From positions 1 to 43,650 of the IMG/VR virus record IMGVR_UViG_3300048857_000042: DNA of 43,650 nt. One strand, given 5' to 3'. The DNA is from a virus (lineage: Duplodnaviria > Caudoviricetes). The position numbers were made by a program, and so were the translations under genes. Below are positions 34,589-43,008 of the stretch, piece after piece. A model generated the notes under the pieces. It was not told the origin of the DNA and did not search any database. It saw nothing but the letters and a program-made list of their open reading frames with translations. Position 1 is the first letter of the stretch, and each line of letters opens with the position of its first letter.

Positions 34589-36582
34589 TGCCTGGACTCT
34601 TTGATGACATCATGAACGAGGGCGGCAAGCCGTCCCTCGCCAATCCACCGAAGGGTGGCCTCTTCGACGACATCATGTCGAAGCCCAAGCGCGAAGTCGG
34701 TTTCCTTGAAGCTGGAAACCAGGGCATTCTGCAGGGTGTGACCCTCGGCTTTGGCGACGAGATCATGGCCGGCATGATGACGCCGGTCGAAGCTCTCAAA
34801 GGCACCATCACCGGCGAGGACAGCGGCAAGGGCATCGGCCAGCGCGTCGGCGATGCGTATGACCGCAATCTGACCCGAGAGCGCGAAAAGCTCGAAGGCG
34901 CTCGGGATCAGCACCCGATCATGACTGGTGCGAGTGAAGTCGCTGGCGGATTTGTAACCGGCGGTCAGCTCGCCAAGGGTGGTAAGACCCTTGTGAGGGC
35001 TGGGCAGAGCCTGCCGACCATGATTGGAGCTGGTGCCCTTGAGGGCGGCGCATATGGCGCCGTCGCAGGTTTTGGCGCAGGCGAGGGCGGCTTCGATGAG
35101 CGCGCCGGTGAAGCGGTCACGGGTGCCCGGAATGGCGCCATCATCGGCGGTGCAGCCCCGCTGGTCGCCCGAGGGATCGGGGCTGGTGCTTCCGCAGTGA
35201 GGAGCCGCATGGCAGCCTCACCGGGCCAGCGTCTGATCCTAGATGACCTGGCGGCTGAAGGACTGACGCCGGCGGAGATCGCGCAGCGAGCCAAGGACCT
35301 TGGACCTGAGGGCATGCTCGCCGATACCTCAGAGACGCTCCGCCTGAGGGCAGAGCAACTCGCTCAGTCCGACAATCCGGCTCGACCGGGCGTGATGGAG
35401 GCTCTCAAGAGCCGCAAAGCAGGCGCAGCGGACCGGACCCGGGCGGCGTTCGATGACACCATGGGCCAGAGCCCGAATGTCTACGAGACGGTCAAGGACC
35501 TCTCAGCCCGGACAAAGGCTCATGCTGATACGCTCTACGGCAAAGCAAAGGGCGAGGCCGGGCCCATTGATGTGAGCCGTGTCCTTCAGGCCATCGACGA
35601 CGAGATCATGCCAGGCGCCGCTCAGGTGGCTCAGCCAGGCCTCCCGACCCAGTTCCTGGATGATGCCGAGAAGCAGCTCATGTGGATCCGTGGTCGGCTG
35701 ACGGATGGTAAGTCCGTGGTCGCCGACTATGACCGGCTGCACAACCTTCAGTCCAAGATTCGCGAGAAGGCGTCAGCGGCGAAGAAGGCTGGCGACAAGT
35801 ACACGGCCGGCATGCTTGGGCGGGTTCGTGGTCAGCTCCTAGAGGCTATTGAGGGCGCGGCTCCGACGTATCGTGAGGCACGCCTCACATTCTCCGACGA
35901 TTCCGCTGTTCAGGACGCTTTCCAGTCTGGGCGTGAGATCTTCTCCTCCAAGCACCATCCAGACTTCTGGGCTGCAGAACTCGCCGACATGAGCCAGGCC
36001 GAACGTGAAGCGTTGAAGGTCGGTGTGCGCGCAGCGGTCGACGAGGCCATGGGGCGGGTGCGGAATGGTGCTCTCAAGGGACGCACGCTGCTCGATGCCG
36101 ACTGGAACGAGCGGAAGGTGATGGAGGCACTCGGCGAAGATGACGGCCAGAAGCTCCTGAGCCTGCTCCTGAGTGAGCAGGAGATGGCGGGTACCGCCAA
36201 CCAGGTGCTGGGCAACAGCGCCACCTCTCGCCGGATGGACAATCCATTCCGTCAGCAGCAGAAGACGGATGACCGATCTGGCATCATCCGCAACATCCTG
36301 AACCTGAAGTTCGGTGATGCTGGCGCCCGTGCCTTCCAATATGCACAGGATGCCTGGGCAGGGCGGGCTGCAAACAATCTCGCTCGCGATGTCGGGACTA
36401 TGGTTGTTGCGAAGGGTAGTCAGGCGGACCGTGTCGCTCAGTCTCTCATTGATGCGCAGTACCGCAGAACCGGCGTCCAGATCTCCCGCCCCGTTGTTGA
36501 GAGGGCCACACGTGAGCTGCTTATGGGTGGGGCTCGTTCGGCCGTTCCGCTTTCGGATCTAGGCGAAGGACTATCAAGGTAA
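34588..36582 (+). CDS. large DNA ejection protein
   Basis: QGVTLGFGDEI motif, Gly/Ala-rich membrane-like segment, helical remainder; third gene of the ejection cluster. Confidence 0.8.
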   Translation: MPGLFDDIMNEGGKPSLANPPKGGLFDDIMSKPKREVGFLEAGNQGILQGVTLGFGDEIMAGMMTPVEALKGTITGEDSGKGIGQRVGDAYDRNLTREREKLEGARDQHPIMTGASEVAGGFVTGGQLAKGGKTLVRAGQSLPTMIGAGALEGGAYGAVAGFGAGEGGFDERAGEAVTGARNGAIIGGAAPLVARGIGAGASAVRSRMAASPGQRLILDDLAAEGLTPAEIAQRAKDLGPEGMLADTSETLRLRAEQLAQSDNPARPGVMEALKSRKAGAADRTRAAFDDTMGQSPNVYETVKDLSARTKAHADTLYGKAKGEAGPIDVSRVLQAIDDEIMPGAAQVAQPGLPTQFLDDAEKQLMWIRGRLTDGKSVVADYDRLHNLQSKIREKASAAKKAGDKYTAGMLGRVRGQLLEAIEGAAPTYREARLTFSDDSAVQDAFQSGREIFSSKHHPDFWAAELADMSQAEREALKVGVRAAVDEAMGRVRNGALKGRTLLDADWNERKVMEALGEDDGQKLLSLLLSEQEMAGTANQVLGNSATSRRMDNPFRQQQKTDDRSGIIRNILNLKFGDAGARAFQYAQDAWAGRAANNLARDVGTMVVAKGSQADRVAQSLIDAQYRRTGVQISRPVVERATRELLMGGARSAVPLSDLGEGLSR

Positions 36583-36727
36583 GGAAGCCGCCGGCTACCA
36601 TGCCGGCGACAAAGACGGTGGCACTCCTCGGCAGAACCTCATCGAAGAGCCAGTCCACACCTTGGTAGAGCAGGGCCATGGTCACAAGGAACAGGACCAG
36701 CGTCAGCAGTCGCCAATAATCGAACAT
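36521..36727 (-). CDS. small two-TM membrane protein (superinfection exclusion candidate)
   Basis: MFDYWRLLTLVLFLVTMALLYQGV...TVFVAGMVAGGFLTLIVLRL; counter-oriented; TTGACG at 36769-36764 upstream. Confidence 0.65.
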   Translation of the reverse strand: MFDYWRLLTLVLFLVTMALLYQGVDWLFDEVLPRSATVFVAGMVAGGFLTLIVLRLDPKAERPNEPHP

Positions 36728-36778
36728 CGGTTCTTTATCCATCCCATCAACATGGCGGGCCTCCGTCAAACCCGCAAC

Positions 36779-36808
36779 AGCCGCTCCTCAGATGGCGGCT
36801 TTTTCTTT
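36779..36808 (+). terminator. intrinsic terminator
   Basis: AGCCGC-TCCTCAGATG-GCGGCT then TTTTCTTT. Confidence 0.7.
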
Positions 36809-36817
36809 GGAGCCATC

Positions 36818-37144
36818 ATGGCCAACGCTCCCTACGAGGTGAACGTCTCCGGCACGGACGACGAGACGTTCCACTTCGCCATTCCCTTCGAGAACGCCGA
36901 TGGCTCGGCCTTCCCCTTTGATCAATATGAGATCGAATATGCTCTGAGCCATTTCGGCGAGCGGCGTCTGTTCCTGAGCCAGGCTGCGGGCGTCACAATA
37001 GACAACCGCACCGTCGTCTTCAGCGCCGGCACGCCGCTTCAACAGGGCAATTATGAGCACGGCTGCCGCATTCGCCGGATCACGACCGGGCAACTGATTC
37101 AGGTCTTCGACGGCACGGTAACCATCGGCGAGGGGAATTTCTAA
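36818..37144 (+). CDS. tail fibre attachment/adaptor protein (BppU N-terminal-like)
   Basis: GGAG RBS; all-beta 108 aa ending VFDGTVTIGEG, coupled to the fibre gene. Confidence 0.65.
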   Translation: MANAPYEVNVSGTDDETFHFAIPFENADGSAFPFDQYEIEYALSHFGERRLFLSQAAGVTIDNRTVVFSAGTPLQQGNYEHGCRIRRITTGQLIQVFDGTVTIGEGNF

Positions 37145-38112
37145 TGAAGGTGCAGATCCGCCCTCGCGGGCCGTCCAGCGTCCGGCTCAAGTTTACGCCT
37201 GGCCTTCCCGGGCCGCAGGGTGAAAAAGGCGATCCGGGCGACATCACCCCTGAGTTCCTTGCCCTGGCTGCTCAGATCGGAGCGGACGCAGCGACTGCTT
37301 CAACCGGCGCATCTACGGCGGCGACAAAAGCAGGCGAAGCCGCCGGCTCCGCCTCATCGGCTTCGTCGCAGGCTGGCATTGCCATAACGAAGGCAGGGGA
37401 AGCGTCCACGTCTGCGGGGACAGCCAGTGCAAAGGCTGGCGAAGCGTCTGCTAGTGCTGCTTTAGCACAGGATTGGGCTATCAAGACGAGTGGCCCCGTC
37501 AGTGGGTCGGAATACTCGGCCAAGAAGCATGCACAGGACGCGGCGGCGAGTGCGGCGGCGGCAGCGACTTTCAACCCGGCGAACTATTGGGCCAAGAGCA
37601 GCGTAAGCCCATCCCGTCAGATCATCCTTGCCCCTCAAGCTATCCCGAGCAACTCGGCGTTCAATGACGTAACAATCCCGACCGGTTACAATCGCATCTT
37701 CATCAGCATTGATCATATTTACCCGGTCAGCTCAGCCCTTATAAGCGCTAGGTGCTTCATTGATGGAGTGGAAAAAACAGTCGGCTACCTCGAAGCAGTT
37801 AACTATACCCCCGCCGCCAATCAGATTGCTCGCGTCAATCGCGGCGTTGATCGCTTCCAGCTTGCCAATCCGGTCTTGGGGGACCAAACGAACAGCGCAT
37901 CAGTTTCCATTGAGATTGTGCAGGGCAGCGCCACCAAACGCATGTCTATGATGTGGACGGCAGTTCATTGGCAAAACGGCATTGGGTCTGCCGAATTTTT
38001 CCAAGGTGGTGGGTTCATGTCCGATCCCGGAACGCTCACAAAGTTCCGGATCTTCACGACCGTCAACCTGGCGGGTGGTACTGTGACAGTCGAAGGATTG
38101 AAGGTTCCGTAA
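37144..38112 (+). CDS. tail fibre / receptor-binding protein
   Basis: Collagen-like GPQGEKGDPG, (T/A)KAGEA Ala/Ser repeats, AQDWA...YSAKKHA, lower-GC beta-rich C-terminus. Confidence 0.8.
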   Translation: MKVQIRPRGPSSVRLKFTPGLPGPQGEKGDPGDITPEFLALAAQIGADAATASTGASTAATKAGEAAGSASSASSQAGIAITKAGEASTSAGTASAKAGEASASAALAQDWAIKTSGPVSGSEYSAKKHAQDAAASAAAAATFNPANYWAKSSVSPSRQIILAPQAIPSNSAFNDVTIPTGYNRIFISIDHIYPVSSALISARCFIDGVEKTVGYLEAVNYTPAANQIARVNRGVDRFQLANPVLGDQTNSASVSIEIVQGSATKRMSMMWTAVHWQNGIGSAEFFQGGGFMSDPGTLTKFRIFTTVNLAGGTVTVEGLKVP

Positions 38113-38438
38113 TGGCTGAAGAATTCAAATCCGTGGACGGTGTTGCCGTTCCCCTTACGCCTGAGGACGTTGCCTGGATTGAGGCTATCCGGTTTGCCCC
38201 GCCCATACCTGCGGTGAAGACCTGGACCCCTCTTCAGTTCATGGAAGAGTTCACGACAGAAGAGAGGATTGCTCTCCGAACTTTCGCCAAGTCTGATGTA
38301 CTGGCGGAGGACTGGCTCGATCTTCTCAAGGCTGCCAATGAAGTGAGGATGGATGACCCTCGCACCAGAGCGGGCCTGGACTACATGGTTTCGAAGGGGG
38401 TTCTATCCCAAGCCCGCATCGAAGAGATCTTAAGCTAG
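38112..38438 (+). CDS. tail fibre assembly-type protein
   Basis: TPLQFMEEFTTEERIAL...DDPRTRAGLDYMVSKGVLSQARIEEIL; directly after the fibre gene. Confidence 0.75.
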   Translation: MAEEFKSVDGVAVPLTPEDVAWIEAIRFAPPIPAVKTWTPLQFMEEFTTEERIALRTFAKSDVLAEDWLDLLKAANEVRMDDPRTRAGLDYMVSKGVLSQARIEEILS

Positions 38439-39265
38439 CGTTGCTCAAGACTTGCCAACAACATTGCCGGACTACTCTGGGCAATGGCGCTTCGCCCAAG
38501 GAAATTCAGCGGTCGACTGAATACGGGACGAACGTCAGGGCTGGATGCGAGCAAAAAACCGTCGAACGATGTGGACTCGTGGTCAAAGTCACATGAGACC
38601 TCAACCCGATATCCATGCGAGTTCATCTCTTCCACAACCTGTCGGTGGAGATCCTGGGAGTGGGTAGAGACCAGCACATAGTCAACCGCTCGCGCCTGTA
38701 GAGACTTGGTTGCCCCTTTGAGCATGCTCATCTCGTGGAGGTCGATATCCGAGTGCAGAACGTCCAGCTGCAGACCGGGCCGCGAGGCTAGAAAGGCATC
38801 GACCTCGAACTGACCGGGGCCGACAAAGGCCTGGATGAACTCCCCTGCGAAATCGTTTCGGCGGAAGTTCTCAACGCCTGCTCTCAGGTGGGTCTCATCG
38901 GCCTCAAGCATAATTGGAAACCCCTGCGGGCGGGCCTGTTTCAGCCACATTGAGTAATGAGCCCAATAGGCACCCAACTCCAGGCTAATCGGCGAGGCCG
39001 GCAGGAGCTTGATAAGTTCCTGAAAGACGAACTCCTCAAGAGGCTCGTGAACCCCTCGATTGATAACAAGGATCTGACTGAAATCGCCGAAGTAAGCACC
39101 GTCGCCTGCCAGTGGCACATAGATGCCGTTGTGCAGGCATACCATTCCGTTATCTACGAAGCCCGCCATCGGATCCCGCTCAATTAGGAGATTAAGGGGG
39201 TCTGACACGATTTCACGGAAACGGCCGAGGAAGTCGTCGGCTAGAGCTTTCGGCGGAATGGGCAT
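38435..39265 (-). CDS. FkbM-like SAM-dependent methyltransferase (moron)
   Basis: LELGAYWAHYS (motif I), MLEAD, LDVLHSDIDLHE, YVLVSTHSQDLH; counter-oriented; CTTGGC-N16-CTACAA promoter-like sequence upstream; ATG 39265. Confidence 0.8.
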   Translation of the reverse strand: MPIPPKALADDFLGRFREIVSDPLNLLIERDPMAGFVDNGMVCLHNGIYVPLAGDGAYFGDFSQILVINRGVHEPLEEFVFQELIKLLPASPISLELGAYWAHYSMWLKQARPQGFPIMLEADETHLRAGVENFRRNDFAGEFIQAFVGPGQFEVDAFLASRPGLQLDVLHSDIDLHEMSMLKGATKSLQARAVDYVLVSTHSQDLHRQVVEEMNSHGYRVEVSCDFDHESTSFDGFLLASSPDVRPVFSRPLNFLGRSAIAQSSPAMLLASLEQR

Positions 39266-39443
39266 GCGCTTCTCGCAGGAAATGTCTGGGCTGTTGTAGC
39301 CAGCCGGCGCCCCCATGCCAAGCGCAGCAAGAATTCATTTTGCACATCACGAGGACATCATGACGATGAGCCGCGCAGCCGTCGCTGCCCTGGCGCTGGC
39401 AACTGCTGCTCCGCCGGATGCCTACGCCACTGAGATCCCCACC

Positions 39444-39468
39444 AAGGCCGCTTTCGAGCGGCCTTTTT
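39444..39468 (+). terminator. intrinsic terminator upstream of the endolysin core
   Basis: AAGGCCGCT-TTCG-AGCGGCCTT then TTT. Confidence 0.75.
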
Positions 39469-39482
39469 CTTTGGAGCAAGAC

Positions 39483-40160
39483 GTGACCGCCTTAAATCGC
39501 AAAGCCTTCTTCGATGCCGTCCGCCAGGATCCTTGTGGCGGCTCCCTGACCATCGACCAGGTACGGGGCATGGACGCTGTCCTCGATGTCTACGAGGCAT
39601 CCTTTCGGAGCCGCACGTCACTTACCCAGTTCGCGTACATGCTTGGTACCGCCTTTCATGAGACGGCCTGCGTCATGCAGCCGATCCAGGAGTACGGCAA
39701 TGCGGCCTACTTCAAGCGCATGTATGACCTTAAGGGCTCCCGGCCCAAGGTCGCCAAGGCGCTCGGTAATATCCAACCGGGTGACGGCGCCAAGTTCCCG
39801 GGCATGGGTTATGTCCAGTGCACCGGCCGCGGGAATGCCCGTAAGGCCACCAAGCGCCTGCGCGAGCTCGGCGTCATCGGCCAGGACATCGACTTCGAGA
39901 AGACGCCCGAGCTGCTAATGCGGCCGGATCTCGCTGCAGCTGTAATGTTCATCGGTATGGAGGAGGGCTGGTTCACCGGCCTCGACGTCGACGACATCAT
40001 TGATGACCGGATCGACGGCGATGAGCATGCAGACTTCCTGCGCGCCCGCCGGATCATCAACGGCACTGATCGGGCGGAGAGGATCGCCATGCATGCCAGC
40101 GCCTTCCTCAAAGCGCTGATCGCGGCCTCAAAGCCGATCCCAGCTCTCAAGGTCGCCTGA
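39483..40160 (+). CDS. endolysin, glycoside hydrolase family 19-like
   Basis: AYMLGTAFHETA..MQPIQEYG, GDGAKFPGMGYVQCTGRGN, GMEEGWFTG, ARRIINGTDRA; GGAG RBS before GTG 39483 (ORF is open further upstream). Confidence 0.88.
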   Translation: MTALNRKAFFDAVRQDPCGGSLTIDQVRGMDAVLDVYEASFRSRTSLTQFAYMLGTAFHETACVMQPIQEYGNAAYFKRMYDLKGSRPKVAKALGNIQPGDGAKFPGMGYVQCTGRGNARKATKRLRELGVIGQDIDFEKTPELLMRPDLAAAVMFIGMEEGWFTGLDVDDIIDDRIDGDEHADFLRARRIINGTDRAERIAMHASAFLKALIAASKPIPALKVA

Positions 40161-40217
40161 AACCATCCCCAGCCGCCGGGGACAAGGCGGCGATTCCCTA
40201 AATTAAAAGGACCAGAC

Positions 40218-40685
40218 ATGTTCAGACTTCTCGGCTTGGCCGCGCTCGCCTGCGCGGCTTTCTTTGTGCCTGCGCTTGCGATGGCGGCCGACGGCACCTC
40301 CGTCGTCATCCCGTACGGTGACTACGTCATCGAGCTCGCCCATGTGGTCGGCAGCCTCGCGATCGCTCTCTTCCCGGTGGCGGTAGCCCTCCTGCCGGCG
40401 CCCGTGCGCCTGGTGGTCTCGGCCATCTTCGGCGAGCAGCTCATCCGCAACGCCCGGGACTATGCCCTGAACGCCATCGAGGGCGCAGCCAAAGGCAAGA
40501 CCCTGACAGTCGACGTGGGTAACCAGGTGCTGGCCCAGGCGGTGGAATATGCGGTGAGGGAAGGGGCGCCCTGGCTGGTCCGCTGGCTTGGTGGCCCTGA
40601 GGGCATTCGCCTGAAGATCTTCCGGCTCCTGGATCTCGATGAGCAGGCGTCGGCCGAGCAGCTCGGCCTCGCGGCTCCGAAGTAA
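40218..40685 (+). CDS. membrane protein in the lysis cassette (putative holin)
   Basis: Signal-like N-terminus plus a second hydrophobic helix; directly after the endolysin. Confidence 0.65.
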   Translation: MFRLLGLAALACAAFFVPALAMAADGTSVVIPYGDYVIELAHVVGSLAIALFPVAVALLPAPVRLVVSAIFGEQLIRNARDYALNAIEGAAKGKTLTVDVGNQVLAQAVEYAVREGAPWLVRWLGGPEGIRLKIFRLLDLDEQASAEQLGLAAPK

Positions 40686-40730
40686 CGACACCACAACCGA
40701 GCGGAGCCGCCCGTCAGAGGTGGCCCGCTC

Positions 40731-40919
40731 ATGGGGGCATCAATGATCAATGAGAAGATTACCAATGCGAGCGCTTGGGGAGCCGCGGCCTCGCCGCTCT
40801 GGCTGCCTTCCCTGGCCGATGTCTCGCAGATTTGCGCCACCGTCGCCCCGATCCTGGGTGTGGCGTGGCTGCTATTCCAGTTCGGGCTCAAGATCCGGGA
40901 CGAGATCCGGAAGCAGTGA
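40731..40919 (+). CDS. small holin-like membrane protein
   Basis: AASPLWLPSL...VAPILGVAWLLFQFGLKI; in-frame starts at 40731 and 40743. Confidence 0.65.
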   Translation: MGASMINEKITNASAWGAAASPLWLPSLADVSQICATVAPILGVAWLLFQFGLKIRDEIRKQ

Positions 40920-41004
40920 CTACAAACGTCATCTTACTGCCCAGGTTGGTCGGGAGGGTGCTCCTCCCACGGCGATGCAATTTCATCACCAAAACCTTTG
41001 ATCC

Positions 41005-41038
41005 GCCCCGCTGGCCTCAGGGCTGGCGGGGCTTTTTT
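41005..41038 (+). terminator. intrinsic terminator ending the late operon
   Basis: GCCCCGCTGGCC-TCAG-GGCTGGCGGGGC then TTTTTT. Confidence 0.85.
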
Positions 41039-41078
41039 GCTTTAGTGAAGTGGTGAGCGTCAGGAGACAGTGAGTTGT

Positions 41079-41801
41079 TCAAGTTGCCGGCTTCTTAGAA
41101 CTGCGGCGAGCATTGCGTGCGCGTTCGACCTGCTCTCGCTCCTCTAAGATCCCAGATCTAATGAAGCTAATCACCGATCTTGCTTCAGCCATTGCCGATT
41201 TCCGTTCAGAGGGATAGTCAGTAGTTATCTCCCGAAAGATCAACGAAACCTCGCCACCGAGGGTGAGCGTTTTATCGCCCAGGTCCCAGAGCGTTCTCAA
41301 GACGACTGGTGGGATTGAATCCGCCTCCGTACTGATGTGGGCAAGAACCTTGTTTCTAAGTGTTCTCAGTTTTGCTGCGCCATCCCCATTTAGACGCTCG
41401 TACTCCGCGACAAAGCTCTCAATTCGAGTCACCATGTCCTTGCGGGTAGCCTCTGCTCTGCTGGGGCCGTAGAAACCTACCGCACGTTCAATTAGTTGCC
41501 GCCGAATATCGTTGTCATGCAGGGCCTGCCCGAACGTTCCCAGCGAGACATCTGTTGGATAATGTGGACGAACAATTAGAGCATGCACTCGAATTGCGAT
41601 CAGGTGAATCTGATCGAACATCAAGGTACTGATTGCTCCAGTACCTCTACCTGACAAGTTCTCTGAACGAAGTTCATCGTTGAAGCCGTGAAAGACCCCA
41701 AGCGAGTGGGCCAAGTTGCGCATAGGTGTGTGGAGCGCGGTCGCCAACTTCTCTAGGTTGGATAAGGTGATCTTTGCCGTTGGAGCGCGCCCTTTGCTCA
41801 T
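41079..41801 (-). CDS. HEPN-domain protein (AbiU2-like)
   Basis: Helical protein with LRTLRNKVLAH (RNx4H); lower GC; ATG 41801 chosen. Confidence 0.7.
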   Translation of the reverse strand: MSKGRAPTAKITLSNLEKLATALHTPMRNLAHSLGVFHGFNDELRSENLSGRGTGAISTLMFDQIHLIAIRVHALIVRPHYPTDVSLGTFGQALHDNDIRRQLIERAVGFYGPSRAEATRKDMVTRIESFVAEYERLNGDGAAKLRTLRNKVLAHISTEADSIPPVVLRTLWDLGDKTLTLGGEVSLIFREITTDYPSERKSAMAEARSVISFIRSGILEEREQVERARNARRSSKKPAT

Positions 41802-41929
41802 GAAGAACCTTCTTGAAGAATAACTCAACAGAACATTCCGCTACGTGAGATTAGCGGGATGTTAAAAGATCCGATGACTGCAAGATTCAGCAATCAACCA
41901 CTGTCATCAAAAGAGTAACAGTCTACCCT

Positions 41930-43006
41930 TTAGGTGACCGACACCAATGTTGGTTTGCCTTGAGCACGAGACGGAGGTTGGATTTCACCCGCAAGGCCGA
42001 AGATCAGGTTCTCAACTTCGTCAGGAGGGAGATTGAGATCTGCTGCTATATGATCTCTGGTGACTTTGTCCTTCCAAAGTTCTGTAAGAACCATATTCCA
42101 GATGCTCGACCGCTCAGGAGGCAAGCCATCAGGCTCGGCATTCCTGCCGTATTCGCGGTTGATCTGAATTACAAAGGTCCGGTAGTTCCAGTCTGAGATG
42201 CGTCCAAGTTTGTGTAGACGGTAAGCCAAGGCCGAGACCGAAACACCCCAGCGCTTTTTAGCCTTAACCAGTTGATCCAGGTTGTAAACAACTGGAACGT
42301 GAGCGACCAAGTCGTCCTTCGGCATAAGGAAGCTGCTGGCAAACAGCTGGGCCTCCATCTCTGCCTGACGGCCTTGCTGAGGGCCGCCATGACGATGAAG
42401 AACTAAGTGACCCAGTTCGTGGGCGGCATCAAACCGACTCCGTTCAGCCGTCTTGAATGTGTTCAAGAAGATGTACGGTTCGCCATTGCGCCAACAGGAG
42501 AAGGCGTCGACGTTCTTCGTATCCTCCGCTAGCGAGAACACTCTGACCCCTTTGGTCTCTAGCAGCTTAATCATGTGACCGATGGGCCGCTCACCGATAC
42601 TCCAGTACTGCCTAAGTGCACGTGCCGCTGCTGCTGGATCTCGCTCATGGCTCAAGTCCAAGATGTCTGGCTCAGGCAAGTTAAAGCGATCTTGAACCCA
42701 ATCTGCCATTTCGAAGGCAAGTGATCCCGCCGCGAGGGCAGCATCACGCTCACGAGCAGTCATCAGTGTCAGGCTGCGAAAACTGGCAGCTGTCGAGTCT
42801 ACAGTATCGACTTCGTCCCGGAAAAAGAACTCACGCGGAAATCCCAGCGCCTGAATGAGCGCATCCTCAGTTGCAGGATCTGCGACTTGTGACCCGTTCG
42901 TTACCCGAGAAAGAGTGACCGGCGAAATGCCGGCCCTCTCTGCTAAAATTTTTGCTGAATACCGGCGCCGCTTCCGGGCCAGTTCAAGTCTGCTGATATT
43001 GAACAT
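41930..43006 (-). CDS. XRE-HTH + ImmA/IrrE (DUF955) zinc metallopeptidase; RosmerTA antitoxin-like
   Basis: N-terminal HTH (RLELARKRRRYSAKILAERAGISPVTLSR); RSRFDAAHELGHLVLH (HExxH), EMEAQLFASSFLMP, WGVSVSAL. Confidence 0.9.
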   Translation of the reverse strand: MFNISRLELARKRRRYSAKILAERAGISPVTLSRVTNGSQVADPATEDALIQALGFPREFFFRDEVDTVDSTAASFRSLTLMTARERDAALAAGSLAFEMADWVQDRFNLPEPDILDLSHERDPAAAARALRQYWSIGERPIGHMIKLLETKGVRVFSLAEDTKNVDAFSCWRNGEPYIFLNTFKTAERSRFDAAHELGHLVLHRHGGPQQGRQAEMEAQLFASSFLMPKDDLVAHVPVVYNLDQLVKAKKRWGVSVSALAYRLHKLGRISDWNYRTFVIQINREYGRNAEPDGLPPERSSIWNMVLTELWKDKVTRDHIAADLNLPPDEVENLIFGLAGEIQPPSRAQGKPTLVSVT

Positions 43007-43008
43007 CT

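Noticed and set aside
37144-38112. Diversity-generating retroelement or invertible tail-fibre cassette
   Set aside because: No reverse transcriptase, template repeat or flanking inverted sites seen; the Cre-like gene is about 17 kb away
40218-40685. Spanin (lipoprotein) call
   Set aside because: ALAC is not a canonical lipobox and no Rz/Rz1-like pair was recognised; left as a putative holin
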